Source of the DNA: Candidatus Latescibacterota bacterium
GTDB lineage: Bacteria; Latescibacterota; UBA2968; UBA8231
DNA length: 64,000 bases
NCBI GenBank assembly: GCA_965243025.1
Contig: CBDETY010000003.1
Span: forward strand, 1,568,001 to 1,632,000
Direction: 5' to 3'
The notes beneath the pieces were generated by a model. That model was not told where the DNA came from. It saw only the letters and a program-made list of their open reading frames with translations, and searched no databases. Each line of letters opens with the position of its first letter. Positions within the stretch are counted from its first letter, which is position 1. This document shows positions 8,362 to 18,722 of this stretch, piece by piece. The position numbers and the translations under genes are program-made.

Positions 8362-9924
8362 TCAGGAGTGGTACTTCAGCGCCCTGCCCGGCAGCACCTC
8401 CGGCAGGGGATCGACCGCCGTTCCCCCGGAAATCACCTGCACGCCGTTGACGATCACCGTGTCGATCCCGGTCGGGAGCTGGTGCGGATCCTCGTAGGTG
8501 GCGCGGTCGGCGACGGTATCGGCATCGAAGAGGACGACGTCGGCGTGGTATCCCTCGGCGATGCGGCCTCGCCGGGTAAGCCCGAAGCGCTCGGCCGGGC
8601 GCCCGCTCAGCTTGTGCACCGCCTCCTCCAGGGAGAACAGCTTCTGGTCGCGCACGCAGGGTCCCAGCAGGCGGGGGGCCGACCCGTACACCCTGGGGTG
8701 CACCTGTCCGTCGGGGAAGTAGATCCCGTCGGACCCCATCATGTAGAGGTCGTGTGAGAGAAAGGGGGAGACCAGCGAGTCGTCGCCGTGGTGGAAGACC
8801 AGCAGCACGGCCAGGCCCTCCTCGATCAGCAGGTCGCAGAGGGCGTCGGCGGGCGCCTTGCCGACCGCTTCGATGTACTCCGCGACCGAGCTGCCGATAT
8901 GGCAGGCGTTCCCGGCGCTCTGCAGCCAGGCGATGTGGGTGTGGGGGAAGCGGGCCGGCTCGAGATCGGCGGCGAACTGCCTCCGCAGGGCGGGGTCCTT
9001 GAGCTTTGCCATCGCCGCGAGCGGTCCGTCCTCCCAGATCTCGTACGGCAGCAGGAAGTTCAGCATCGTGCTCCCCGGGAGGTAGGGGTACACGTCGAAC
9101 GAGAAGTCGACCTCGTGGCGCGCGGTTCTGTCGACGTACTCGAGAACTTGCTCGATGGTTGCGGGATCGGCCGCTTTAAGGTGCGAAACGTGCACGGGGA
9201 TTCTGGCGCGCCTGCCGATCTCGACCGCCTCTTCCAGGGCGGGGACGATCCCCTTCCGGTAACGCATGTGAGTGACGTACAGACCGCGCTGCTCCGCCAT
9301 GACCTCGCACGCTTCCACCAGCTCGTCGGTGGTGGCGAAGCACTGGGAGATGTAGTCGAGGCCGGTGGAGACGCCGACCGCTCCTTCGGCCATGCCGCGC
9401 TCGATCTCCCGCCGGATCACCGTCATCTGGAAGTCGTCGGGGACGGCGCGTCCGAAGCCGCAGGCCATGCTGCGGACGTTGGCGTACGGGATGTGGGCAA
9501 CGGCGTTCTGCACGTTGGCTGCGTCGACCCGGTCCATGTATTCGCCCAGAGTTTTCCATCCGTCGTACTCGCTGTACGACAGCGCGTTGAGTGATTTCAT
9601 ATAAAATATCCACTCAGGTGCGGTGTCCGGGTCGACGGGGGCGTAGGAGATGCCGTCGGCCATGATGACCTCGGTGGTGAACCCCTGGGAGGTCTTGGCG
9701 AGCAGGTTGGGGGTCTTCAGCAGCCAGGCGTCGGTGTGGTTGTGGGTGTCGACGAATCCCGGCGCGACGATCATTCCCGAAGCGTCGATGCGTCGGGCGC
9801 TCGCGTCGGCGGAAAGGTCCCCGACCGAGGTGATGCGGTCCCCGGAAACGAGGACATCGGCCTTGAAGCGTCCGGCGCCCGTCCCGTCTATGACGGTGCC
9901 GTTGAGTATGGCGGTTTCTGTCAT
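8362..9924 (-). CDS. N-acyl-D-amino-acid deacylase family amidohydrolase
   Basis: NGTVIDGTG, APGFVDTHNHTD, THMR, HVSHLK, DVYPY, GSDG, HPRVYG, GYHADVVLFD. Confidence 0.92.
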   Translation of the reverse strand: MTETAILNGTVIDGTGAGRFKADVLVSGDRITSVGDLSADASARRIDASGMIVAPGFVDTHNHTDAWLLKTPNLLAKTSQGFTTEVIMADGISYAPVDPDTAPEWIFYMKSLNALSYSEYDGWKTLGEYMDRVDAANVQNAVAHIPYANVRSMACGFGRAVPDDFQMTVIRREIERGMAEGAVGVSTGLDYISQCFATTDELVEACEVMAEQRGLYVTHMRYRKGIVPALEEAVEIGRRARIPVHVSHLKAADPATIEQVLEYVDRTARHEVDFSFDVYPYLPGSTMLNFLLPYEIWEDGPLAAMAKLKDPALRRQFAADLEPARFPHTHIAWLQSAGNACHIGSSVAEYIEAVGKAPADALCDLLIEEGLAVLLVFHHGDDSLVSPFLSHDLYMMGSDGIYFPDGQVHPRVYGSAPRLLGPCVRDQKLFSLEEAVHKLSGRPAERFGLTRRGRIAEGYHADVVLFDADTVADRATYEDPHQLPTGIDTVIVNGVQVISGGTAVDPLPEVLPGRALKYHS

Positions 9925-10299
9925 GGGTTCAGTGGGTTTGCAGACCGGCTGCGACAGGGGTTGGTACCCGCAGTGGTCGAACCAGGAGGTCCGAACTGAT
10001 CGGCTTCCTCCCCGACCGGAATCTGGAACCGGTCGAAACGCGCCATTTCGGCACGTACATTTTTTTTAATTCCCGATTCATGGACTTGCTCGAAGGGCCC
10101 GGCGGGTTTGAGGTTGGGATCGAAATAACGTAGAATCTGCTCCCGTTTCTCGATTGGGCAGGTCGGCGGCCTGCTTTCTTCAGGTTGCGTTTCTGCCCTG
10201 GCGGGCGGTCGAAGATATCGCCGCGCCGGACCGGGAGCAACCGCGCCCACAAGCCGCTTTTTTTCAATTCGCAGCGGTTCCAGATGACGAGGTGACGAC

Positions 10300-11115
10300 T
10301 TGATTGTCGACCCCCATACACATGTATGGATCAACGATCCGGAGTTCCCCTGGCCGGCGGAGACCCCCGACCCGCCGCAGGAGGACAGAACCGCGGAGAT
10401 GCTTCTCCGGGAGATGGCCGCCCACGGCGTCGACAGGACGGTGCTGGTCCAGGTCATCCATTACCGCTGGGACAACCGCTACGTCGCCGACGCGGTGCGC
10501 CGCTACCCGGAAAAGTTCATGGCAGTCGGCAGGATCGACCCGGAAGACCCGGGTTCTCCCGATCACCTCAGCATGTGGACGGAGGAGCACGGGCTTCACG
10601 GGGTGCGGCTCTCTCCCTCGGTCGACGCCGCCGGGGACTGGTTCGGCGGGCCCCTGATGCCGCCGGTTTTCGCCCGCGCCCAGGATCTCGGAGTGCCGTT
10701 GCTGCTGTTGACCAGGCCGCCCCGCCTCCGGGAGCTGGTCCCCCTGCTGGAGGAGCACGGCGACCTCGACGTCGTCATCGATCACATGGCCGACGTCCAT
10801 CCGGATGACGGCGAAGGCAGGAGAATCCTGATGGACCTGGCGCGCTTTCCGGGGGTGTACGTCAAGATCTCCCACACCTGGAGCATTTCCCGCGAGGCCT
10901 ACCCCTGGGCGGACACCCACGGTCTCGTGGAAGAGGTGTACCAGTCCTTCGGCCCCCGGCGCATCATGTGGGGCACCGATTGGCCGGTCTGCCTTGGCAA
11001 GGCGGAGTACGGACAGACCCTCAGCGTCGTCAGGGAGGGGATGAAGTTCATTTCGCCCGGGGACCTGGAATGGGTGCTCGGGAAGACGGCTCTGCGGCTG
11101 TGGCCGTTCTCGTGA
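10300..11115 (+). CDS. Amidohydrolase_2 family protein (sugar lactonase-like)
   Basis: DPHTHVW, VIDHMA, VYVKIS, MWGTDWP; TTG start after GAGGTG. Confidence 0.9.
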   Translation: MIVDPHTHVWINDPEFPWPAETPDPPQEDRTAEMLLREMAAHGVDRTVLVQVIHYRWDNRYVADAVRRYPEKFMAVGRIDPEDPGSPDHLSMWTEEHGLHGVRLSPSVDAAGDWFGGPLMPPVFARAQDLGVPLLLLTRPPRLRELVPLLEEHGDLDVVIDHMADVHPDDGEGRRILMDLARFPGVYVKISHTWSISREAYPWADTHGLVEEVYQSFGPRRIMWGTDWPVCLGKAEYGQTLSVVREGMKFISPGDLEWVLGKTALRLWPFS

Positions 11116-11149
11116 CCGCCCCGCGAGCGCTCCTTCCGGAGGGCTGAAA

Positions 11150-12019
11150 GTGATCCGCATCGGCATCGTCGGGGCCGAGAACAGCCACACCGCGGCGATC
11201 GCCAAGGTCCTGAACGTCGACAGGAGAGTGGCCGGCGCGCGCGTGACCCACGTCTGGGGGGAGACCCCGGAGTACGCGCGCGCAGCGGCCGGGACGGGGC
11301 GCATACCCGCCATAGTCCGGCAGCCGGAGGAGATGATCGGCGAGGTCGACGGCGTCGTGGTCGACCACCGCCACGGGGCGGAGCATCTGCCCGCGGCGCG
11401 GCCGTTCCTCGAAGAGGGGCTGCCCCTGTTCGTCGACAAGCCGTTCTGCTGCCGGACCGCGGAGGGGCGGCGGTTCCTGAAGCGGGCGCGGACCCTCGGG
11501 GTGCCGGTGTGTTCCTTCTCGGTGCTCCCCAAACAGGCCAGTTTCCGGTCGCTGCAGGAGAAGGCCGCCCGCCTCGGGGCCCTGCACGCGGTGACGACCA
11601 CCGGGCCGTGCGACGTCAGGTCGAAGTGGGGGGGCATCTTCTTCTACGGCATCCACCAGGTAGACATGCTGGTGCGGCTTTTGGGGTACGACTTCTACCG
11701 CGGCAGCGTAACCAGGGGCCGGGGCCGCAACCACACCGCCTCGGTCCTGTATCGCGGCGGCGCCGTGGGAACGATGAACCTCATCGGCGCGGGCACACCC
11801 GCCTTTCACGTATCCGCGATCGGGGAAAAGGGCCGCCTGGACTCGGTGATAACCTGGGACAGGAGCATGTACCTGGCCGGGGTGCGGGAGTTCGTGCACA
11901 TGTTCGCGACCGGGGAGACCTCCGAGACCGACGAGACCATGCTGGGCCCGGTCGCGGTTCTCGAAGGTCTCGAGAAGTCCCTCGCCCACCCGCACGCGCG
12001 GGTAGGAATCAGACTGTAA
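11150..12019 (+). CDS. Gfo/Idh/MocA family oxidoreductase
   Basis: IRIGIVG, FVDKP, FYGIH; RBS GGAGGG. Confidence 0.88.
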   Translation: MIRIGIVGAENSHTAAIAKVLNVDRRVAGARVTHVWGETPEYARAAAGTGRIPAIVRQPEEMIGEVDGVVVDHRHGAEHLPAARPFLEEGLPLFVDKPFCCRTAEGRRFLKRARTLGVPVCSFSVLPKQASFRSLQEKAARLGALHAVTTTGPCDVRSKWGGIFFYGIHQVDMLVRLLGYDFYRGSVTRGRGRNHTASVLYRGGAVGTMNLIGAGTPAFHVSAIGEKGRLDSVITWDRSMYLAGVREFVHMFATGETSETDETMLGPVAVLEGLEKSLAHPHARVGIRL

Positions 12020-12036
12020 ACTCCTCAGGAGGAGCA

Positions 12037-13170
12037 ATGGCTGCGATGCAACTGAAGACCGCCGGGGAGACGCGCTACGACGCCGTCTCCCTGGGGGAGG
12101 TGCTGCTGAGAGTCGATCCGGGAGACGTGCCGACCGCAAGGGCGAGGACGGCGCGTATCTGGCAGGGAGGAGGAGAGACCAACGTCACCGTCGGCCTGAG
12201 CTACACCTTCGGGCTGAGGGCCGCGGTCCTGACCGCCCTGGTCGATGACGGCGTCGGCCGCAACATCGAGAACCAGCTCAGGGAGGTGGGTCTCGACACC
12301 AGCCGCGTCATCTGGTTCAACAACTCTGGCAAGGGGAAGTACAGCACCGACGCCAAGGGGACGCTGCACAACGGCGTCAACTTCACCTGGGCGGGGAAGG
12401 GTCTGCTGCCCTCGGTGACCGAGTACTACCGCGCCCATACCCCGATCCGGGAGATCGGTCCGGGGGACATCGACTGGGATCACCTCTTCGGCGAGGTCGG
12501 AACGCGCTGGTTCAGCACCGGCGGCATCTACACGCTGCTGTCTCCGAAGACCGCTGCTCTGGCCGAAGAGGGGATGAGGAAAGCAGGGGAGCACGGCGTC
12601 GGCCGGTCGTTCGACCTCAACTACCGCTCCAAGGTCGAGCCGGACAAGGAGCGGGCCCGCCAGATCAACCGCGGCATCGTCCCCCACGTCGACTTCCTGG
12701 TCGGCAACCACGACGACTTCGACGACGCTCTCGGGTACGAAACCGACCCGCTGCCGAAGGACGCCCCCTTCGAGGCGTGGCTCGACGCCTACACCGGGAT
12801 GCTGCGGAAGGTGGCCGGCGACTACCCCGACATCAGGCTGATCGGCACCCAGCTGCGGGGAGCCCTGAGCGCCGACCGCATCGACTGGGGGGCGGTGCTC
12901 TACGACGTCGCAAACGACGCCGTCCACCAGGCGGTGGTGCGCGACAACGTCGAGATCGCCGACCGCACCGGGGGAGGAGACTCCTTCGCGTCAGGTGTGG
13001 TCGCCGCCACGCTGAACGGCAAGGGGCCGGAAGAGGCGGTCCAGTGGGGGGCGGCCCACGGCATCCTGGTGCAGGAGACCCCCGGCGACATCACCTTCGT
13101 AAAGCAGGGCGACGTCGAGAAGGAGATCGCACGGGCCCTCGCCGGCGGAGGGGTATCGGCCCTGCGCTGA
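12037..13170 (+). CDS. PfkB family sugar kinase (2-keto-3-deoxygluconate kinase-like)
   Basis: LGEVLLR, GGGETNV, FDLNYRSK, DRTGGGDSFASG, TPGD; RBS AGGAGG. Confidence 0.9.
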   Translation: MAAMQLKTAGETRYDAVSLGEVLLRVDPGDVPTARARTARIWQGGGETNVTVGLSYTFGLRAAVLTALVDDGVGRNIENQLREVGLDTSRVIWFNNSGKGKYSTDAKGTLHNGVNFTWAGKGLLPSVTEYYRAHTPIREIGPGDIDWDHLFGEVGTRWFSTGGIYTLLSPKTAALAEEGMRKAGEHGVGRSFDLNYRSKVEPDKERARQINRGIVPHVDFLVGNHDDFDDALGYETDPLPKDAPFEAWLDAYTGMLRKVAGDYPDIRLIGTQLRGALSADRIDWGAVLYDVANDAVHQAVVRDNVEIADRTGGGDSFASGVVAATLNGKGPEEAVQWGAAHGILVQETPGDITFVKQGDVEKEIARALAGGGVSALR

Positions 13171-13353
13171 CCGCCCATCGGGGCTGACCCCTTTGCATCC
13201 CCTGATGAGAGGGGCCCCTCAGCCGCCGGGTATTGAGTGGGGAGCGGGGTATATGCCATTCTTTCGCCGGACATGCCCGTGGGCCAGGACCTGGGCATCT
13301 GTTTTCCGGAAATAGCCCTTTCCACAAGCCATTCCCTGGATTTTCGCCGCTGA

Positions 13354-14925
13354 TCAGCGGGGTTCGCGCAGTTCACCCCGCAGCCCCGTCCAGACGCAGA
13401 CCGCCATTCCCAGCAGGACCACGGCGAACGGGAAGCCGGATACGAGCGAGGCTGCCTGCAGCGAGTTCAGCCCTCCTCCGAGCAGAAGGGCTATGGCGAC
13501 CAGTCCCTCGATCGTGCACCAGAAGACGCGTTGGGCCACCGGGGCGTCTACCCTGCCGCCCGCGGCGATTGTGTCCAGGATCAGCGATCCCGAATCCGAA
13601 GAGGTGACGAAGAACAGGACGGTCAGGAGAATTGCGAACGACGAAAGCAGCTTCCCCAGGGGGAGCTCGTCGAACATCTTGAACAGGGCGATCTCCAGCT
13701 TCCAGGCCTCGACGTTTTCGGTTACGCCGGTATACCCCTCGACGATATGCTGGTGCAGGGCAGCGCCGCCGAAGGCACCGAACCACAGCAGGCAGGCGGC
13801 CACCGGCAGTATGAGCACGAAAACCACGAATTCGCGCACCGTGCGTCCCCTGGAAATGCGCGCAATGAAGGTGCCGACAAAGGGGGCCCAGGCGAGCCAC
13901 CATGCCCAGTAGAAGGTCGTCCAGCCGTGCAGGAAGTCGGTGTCCTCGCGTCCTGCCCAGTTGCTCAGGGGGACGATCCTGGCGAGATAGCTGCCGAGGG
14001 CGTCGAACATGCCCCGGAAGATGTACAGGGTCGGTCCGAGTCCGATGACGGCGGCCAGCAGCAGAAAACCGAGGACCATGTTCCACTGGCTGAGCCGCTT
14101 GATACCGGAGTCGAGGCCAGCCAGCACCGATGCGAGGGCGATGCAGGTTATCACCACGATCAGCCCCACCATGGTGGTGCCGGTGGCGGGGACACCGAAC
14201 AGGTAGTTGAGACCCGAGGTCAGCTGCTTGACCCCCAGGCCGAGGGAGGTGGCGAGGCCGAACAGCCCGGCGAAGATCGCGAACGTATCGATGATGTGGC
14301 CGGGCCAGCCCCAGACGCGGTCGCCGAAAAGAGGGTGAAACGCCGAGCGGATGGTGAAGGGGAGTCCGCGGTTGTAGGAGAAGTATCCGAGGGCGAGCCC
14401 GACGAGGCCGTATATGCCCCAGCCGTGCAGCCCCCAGTGGAAAACCGTGGCGGCTATGCCGACGGCTGCCGCCTCCTCGGTTCCGGGGGCGATTCCCAGC
14501 GGCGGGTGCATGTAGTAGTAGACCGGCTCCGCCACCCCGTAGAACAGCAGGCCAATTCCCACGCCCGCGGAAAACAGCATGGAGAACCAGGTCTTGTTGG
14601 AGTACTGCGGTTTTTCATCCATCCCCCCGAGGCGCACCCTGCCGAGAGGGGAGAACGCCACGCACAGGCAAAAGAGCAGGATGAGGTTGGCGGTCAACAT
14701 GAAGAACCAGTCGAACCTCGTGGTGAGCCACTCGCGGGTATTCCCGAAGACCACCGTCGCCGCTTCCAGGAACAGCAGCGTCCCGACGACGAACAGGACG
14801 ATGGTGATTCCGGAGATCACGAACACCGGCGTCAGGTGGATCTCCAGGCCGAACAGCCTGCGGTAGCGTACGTCGTCAGCCAGCAACGGTTGTTTCGCCA
14901 CTCGGGGGATTTCCAGTCGGGGCAT
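13354..14925 (-). CDS. BCCT family (betaine/choline/carnitine) transporter
   Basis: WFSMLFSAGVGIG, FHWGLHGWGIY, WTTFYWAWWLAWAPFVG, RISRGRTVREF, FFVTSSDS. Start is ATG 14925 or TTG 14949. Confidence 0.95.
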   Translation of the reverse strand: MPRLEIPRVAKQPLLADDVRYRRLFGLEIHLTPVFVISGITIVLFVVGTLLFLEAATVVFGNTREWLTTRFDWFFMLTANLILLFCLCVAFSPLGRVRLGGMDEKPQYSNKTWFSMLFSAGVGIGLLFYGVAEPVYYYMHPPLGIAPGTEEAAAVGIAATVFHWGLHGWGIYGLVGLALGYFSYNRGLPFTIRSAFHPLFGDRVWGWPGHIIDTFAIFAGLFGLATSLGLGVKQLTSGLNYLFGVPATGTTMVGLIVVITCIALASVLAGLDSGIKRLSQWNMVLGFLLLAAVIGLGPTLYIFRGMFDALGSYLARIVPLSNWAGREDTDFLHGWTTFYWAWWLAWAPFVGTFIARISRGRTVREFVVFVLILPVAACLLWFGAFGGAALHQHIVEGYTGVTENVEAWKLEIALFKMFDELPLGKLLSSFAILLTVLFFVTSSDSGSLILDTIAAGGRVDAPVAQRVFWCTIEGLVAIALLLGGGLNSLQAASLVSGFPFAVVLLGMAVCVWTGLRGELREPR

Positions 14926-15408
14926 TTTTCCGGTGTTCCGGCTCCCCAACGGTGCCGGAAAACGGTTTGTTGTCGCCCCCGAAACTTCGAGGTGGGGGAA
15001 TGGGCAGGGGCTGTCCCGCCCGGGGTTGATCGAAGGCTGCGGCCCCGAGGGCTCAGCCGGTCGCCGCGGCCGGCCCTTCAGGCTGGAGCACGCGAACTGC
15101 GCGGGGCACTGGTGTTGCGTCCCGCGGACCTGGGAGGATTCCCGCGCTGAGGCGTCCGTCCCGCAGGGCGCTCGAGCGATTCGTCCCGGGGTTGTACGGC
15201 GAGCGAAGGCAACGTGGGCGAGACGAGATGGATGGCCCCGGACACTGCAAAGGATTCCCGGGACCCGACTTCAGGACGAAGCGAGACCCGGCTCCTCTCC
15301 GGGTTCCCGGGCAGGCTGCTGCCAAAGTGGGTGCCGGAGTGGGCCGGGCGGCGCGAAGGGAACCGCTCGCAATCCTTTTCCCGATTCCTGAAACAGGTTC
15401 CCGCTTCC

Positions 15409-18400
15409 TTACCGAAGTTGATATGTGACCGCCAGCTTCACCCGCCGGCCCTTGGGGTCGTGGGTGAAACCGTCGTACGCCTGCTCGATGTTGACCAGGG
15501 GCGGCCTGGTGTCGAGAAGGTTCATCCCCGACAGCACGAGGTTGACGCCCCCGGTCATGTTCCACAGGAAGCTCACGTCCAAGGTGACGAAGGGGTCGAT
15601 GGTACCGAACAGGTCCTTGATGGCTGCGTTGTCCGAGGACATCGATCCCCGGTCCTCGTACGAGGAGATGTAGTTCAGGTAGCTGACGAGGTTGTAGGTG
15701 TTCCAGCGATAGCCTGCCGATGCCCGCCCCTTCAATTTGGGAAGGGAGGTCGCAATCGGATTGCCGAAGTTCAGGTACCCGGCAGCGTCGGCCGCCTCCT
15801 GCAGCACGAGATCGCCCAGCATCAACGCCTTTGTCTCGTACTCGAGGATGTAGCTGCCGTCCAGACTGGCGGCGACCTGCCCCGAGCCTGCGGGCATCCG
15901 CGTGCCCAGGTGCATGTCGATCCCCGAGGTCTTCACCCCCGGCCAGTTGACGATATCGACCTGCACCCGCTCGAGCTCCGAGGCCGCGCAGGTGCCGGTT
16001 CCTACCCCGTCCGGGCAGACGATGAACTGCTTCAGGGCGTCCTTGTTGTCTTCATCGGCATACAAGGCGGTAATGGCCCCGTGGGGCATGGCCCCGATTA
16101 CATCGCTGAAATCGTAGCTCCAGTAGTCGAAGGTCGCTTCATGGCCCGCCTCGGTGACCAGGGCGAAGCCCGCATTGTAGGTGAATGCCCGTTCGGGTTT
16201 GAGATCCTTGCTGCCGAAGCGGTCCACCGTCTGGTAGGCGCCCGTCTCGTTGATCCACTCCAGGGTCGAGAGCGGGCTCTCGTTCACGTCGTCCAGCGAC
16301 GGCGTGCGGAACGTCGTCTGCACCGAGCCGCGCAGAAAGAGCGATTGGGTTGAGGACTCGGCGATCTGGTAGCGCCACCCGAACTTGGGATCGAAACTGC
16401 TCGCCACGTCGTGGGACTCGAAGTTGGCGGCGAGCTGGGTGTCGAAGCGCGATCCCAGGCTCAGGGGAATCTCGGCGAAGAGGCGATGTACCGTCTGCGA
16501 TTCATCGTAGGGCCGATTCACGTTGGTGAACGCATAAGGCCCGAACCTGTCTTCCTCTGTGCACCCGTCATCTCCCACCACCGGGCAGGGGTTGATGGTC
16601 ACGTCCCCTGCGTCGTTGGGGTCGCCGCTGGCATTGAGCAGGCGGAACTGGTACCCGGCCGCGTAGCTGGCGACGTTCTCGATCCAGGTCCCGGTCAGCG
16701 TGGCATCGGCAACCAGCATGTCCGCCGTGCTCTGCAAGTCGACTTCATTATCTGCCAGCCAGTTCCGCAGCTCGGGGCTGTTTTTGAGGTTGGCCCGGTA
16801 ACCGGGGTTCGGTCGGGTTGCATAATCCGAACCGTGTTGATCGGTGAGCTCGATGGCGTTGCCGAACGGGTTGTAGTACTGGCAGCCGCCCTGACCCGCT
16901 TCTTGGCCGTTGAGCGGACCGAGCTTCATCCCGGCAAGAGAGTTGGGATCCGCCTCGACGCCGACGCCGCAGTCGGGTCCCCCGAACCCGCGGAAGCCGA
17001 GGAAGAGGCGCTCGATGTACACCCCCGGCAGGTTGTAGTTCCCCTCGGTGCGGGACCAGGAGAGGCCCAGGTCGAAATGGGTCTCCCGGCCGCCGATCGA
17101 CATGAAGTCCCCATTCGCCGAGGCCGCCAGGCGCATGGTGCTGGAGTCGCGGCCCAGCGTGCGGCCTGGGCCCGAGTTGCCGAAGGGGCGGCCGTTGAAA
17201 TACCAGTTATCGCCGTCCTGGCATTCGTCGTAGTACAGGTCGCCGTCCTCGGCGCCGTAGTCTTCGCAGAAGGCCTGCCTGCCCGGGTGACTGGGGGCGA
17301 CCTCCTGGATACTCGTGTCCGTCAGTGGGAAAGGAGGGTACGAAGGGGTGGTGTACCAATTTGGGATCTCGGCCGCCGCCCACAGGCCTTCGAAGTGATA
17401 CTCCGTGCCATTGTCCAGCGCGCCGTTGACCTCGGAAAAAAGACGGAGATGGCTCATGTCCTCGACCAGGTTCTCGTACTGCTGGTAGCGGAAGCGGCAG
17501 GTCCAGGATTCCCGGTAGCCGCCGAACGCCTCGCAGTCGGGGGCGTGGATGGCGGCCGTCCAGGGGGCGGGGGCGCCGACGGCGAAGGTGCCCGGGTTCC
17601 CGATGCTCGACCATCCGAAACGCTGCCCGCCGCCGTGCCACGGCTGCAGCAGGTAGTCCCTGTCGGTGGCCGGCAGCTCCCGGCGCTTTCTCCACTCGCC
17701 GGCGACAATCGCATGGGCGCCCCCGAGTCTGCCGCCCCATATGGCGCCGAGGTCGGTGTCCCCGGCACCGGCGATATACTCGTGGTTGGCCGAGACTTCA
17801 AGCCCCGTGAAGTCGGAACGGGTCAGAAAGTTGGCGACCCCGGCCACCGCATCCGACCCGTAGATGGCCGCGGCCCCTTCCTTGAGCACCTCGACGCGGT
17901 CCAGGGCGATGGAAGGGATGGCGTTCACGTCGACGAAGCGGCCGCCGATGAGGCGCGCCGGCACGTAGGTCTGGCGGCGGCCGTTGAACAGCACCAGGGT
18001 CCGCGAGGCTCCCAGGCCGCGCAGGTTTACGTTGGCGATGCTTTCGGAAAGGGTAGCGGCCTGGTTGGCGTTGTACCAACTGCTTCGCTCCCCGATCACC
18101 CCATGGCTGGCACTGAGGTTCTTGAAGAAATCGACGGGCTGGGGCGAGCCCTGCTCCTTCAGCGTTTCCCGGTTCGCCGTGGTCACCGCATAGGGAAGGT
18201 TGATAGGGGATTCCTTGAAGGCGGTGCCGGTCACCGCGGTCTCCTCGAAGAGAATCGCCGCCGGTTCCAGGCGCAGCTCGACTGCGGCGGAGGTGCCTGC
18301 CTCGACCACGACGGTCGCGGTTGCAGGGGAGTAGCCGATCAATTCGACGGTCACTTCATGCTCTCCCACCGGGACCTCGAGGAGGGTGAGGCGCCCCTGT

Positions 18401-18582
18401 TCGTCCGAAGATCCTCGCAGGTCGAGAGCCGGCAAGTGGATCAGGGCCGCTTCCAGAGCATGTCCACTTGCGGCGTCGACGACGGTGAAGGCGACCGCAC
18501 CGGTGGTTTGCGCGTGCACCGGAGCGATTCCGAGGAAGGCCGCACCTGCCACTGTCGAAATACACCTTTTCCAGGCATTCAT
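15409..18582 (-). CDS. TonB-dependent receptor, large and Cys-rich
   Basis: Signal peptide ending VHA-Q; NLRGLGASRTLVLFNGRR; RVEVLKEGAAAIYGSDAVAGVANF; FRTPSL, DLKPE, NLLD; RBS AAGGAG. Confidence 0.93.
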   Translation of the reverse strand: MNAWKRCISTVAGAAFLGIAPVHAQTTGAVAFTVVDAASGHALEAALIHLPALDLRGSSDEQGRLTLLEVPVGEHEVTVELIGYSPATATVVVEAGTSAAVELRLEPAAILFEETAVTGTAFKESPINLPYAVTTANRETLKEQGSPQPVDFFKNLSASHGVIGERSSWYNANQAATLSESIANVNLRGLGASRTLVLFNGRRQTYVPARLIGGRFVDVNAIPSIALDRVEVLKEGAAAIYGSDAVAGVANFLTRSDFTGLEVSANHEYIAGAGDTDLGAIWGGRLGGAHAIVAGEWRKRRELPATDRDYLLQPWHGGGQRFGWSSIGNPGTFAVGAPAPWTAAIHAPDCEAFGGYRESWTCRFRYQQYENLVEDMSHLRLFSEVNGALDNGTEYHFEGLWAAAEIPNWYTTPSYPPFPLTDTSIQEVAPSHPGRQAFCEDYGAEDGDLYYDECQDGDNWYFNGRPFGNSGPGRTLGRDSSTMRLAASANGDFMSIGGRETHFDLGLSWSRTEGNYNLPGVYIERLFLGFRGFGGPDCGVGVEADPNSLAGMKLGPLNGQEAGQGGCQYYNPFGNAIELTDQHGSDYATRPNPGYRANLKNSPELRNWLADNEVDLQSTADMLVADATLTGTWIENVASYAAGYQFRLLNASGDPNDAGDVTINPCPVVGDDGCTEEDRFGPYAFTNVNRPYDESQTVHRLFAEIPLSLGSRFDTQLAANFESHDVASSFDPKFGWRYQIAESSTQSLFLRGSVQTTFRTPSLDDVNESPLSTLEWINETGAYQTVDRFGSKDLKPERAFTYNAGFALVTEAGHEATFDYWSYDFSDVIGAMPHGAITALYADEDNKDALKQFIVCPDGVGTGTCAASELERVQVDIVNWPGVKTSGIDMHLGTRMPAGSGQVAASLDGSYILEYETKALMLGDLVLQEAADAAGYLNFGNPIATSLPKLKGRASAGYRWNTYNLVSYLNYISSYEDRGSMSSDNAAIKDLFGTIDPFVTLDVSFLWNMTGGVNLVLSGMNLLDTRPPLVNIEQAYDGFTHDPKGRRVKLAVTYQLR

Positions 18583-18722
18583 CAGTGTTTCTCCTTGATT
18601 GATCGTTACGGCCCCAACGGGCGGGACGTTGTCAGATTTCCAACCCTGTCACGATGGGGATTTACAGGAAACCGGATGGGCTGCTCCGGTTGGCGGGAAG
18701 ATCTCCCGGCGCCGGAACGAGC

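Noticed and set aside
13190-13230. CTGATGA followed by the palindrome GAGGGGCCCCTC, resembling a hammerhead ribozyme core
   Set aside because: No GAAA follows stem II and stems I/III cannot be built; more likely a plain hairpin between convergent genes.
14950-15408. Possible riboswitch upstream of the BCCT gene
   Set aside because: Only generic GC-rich hairpins; no recognisable aptamer consensus.
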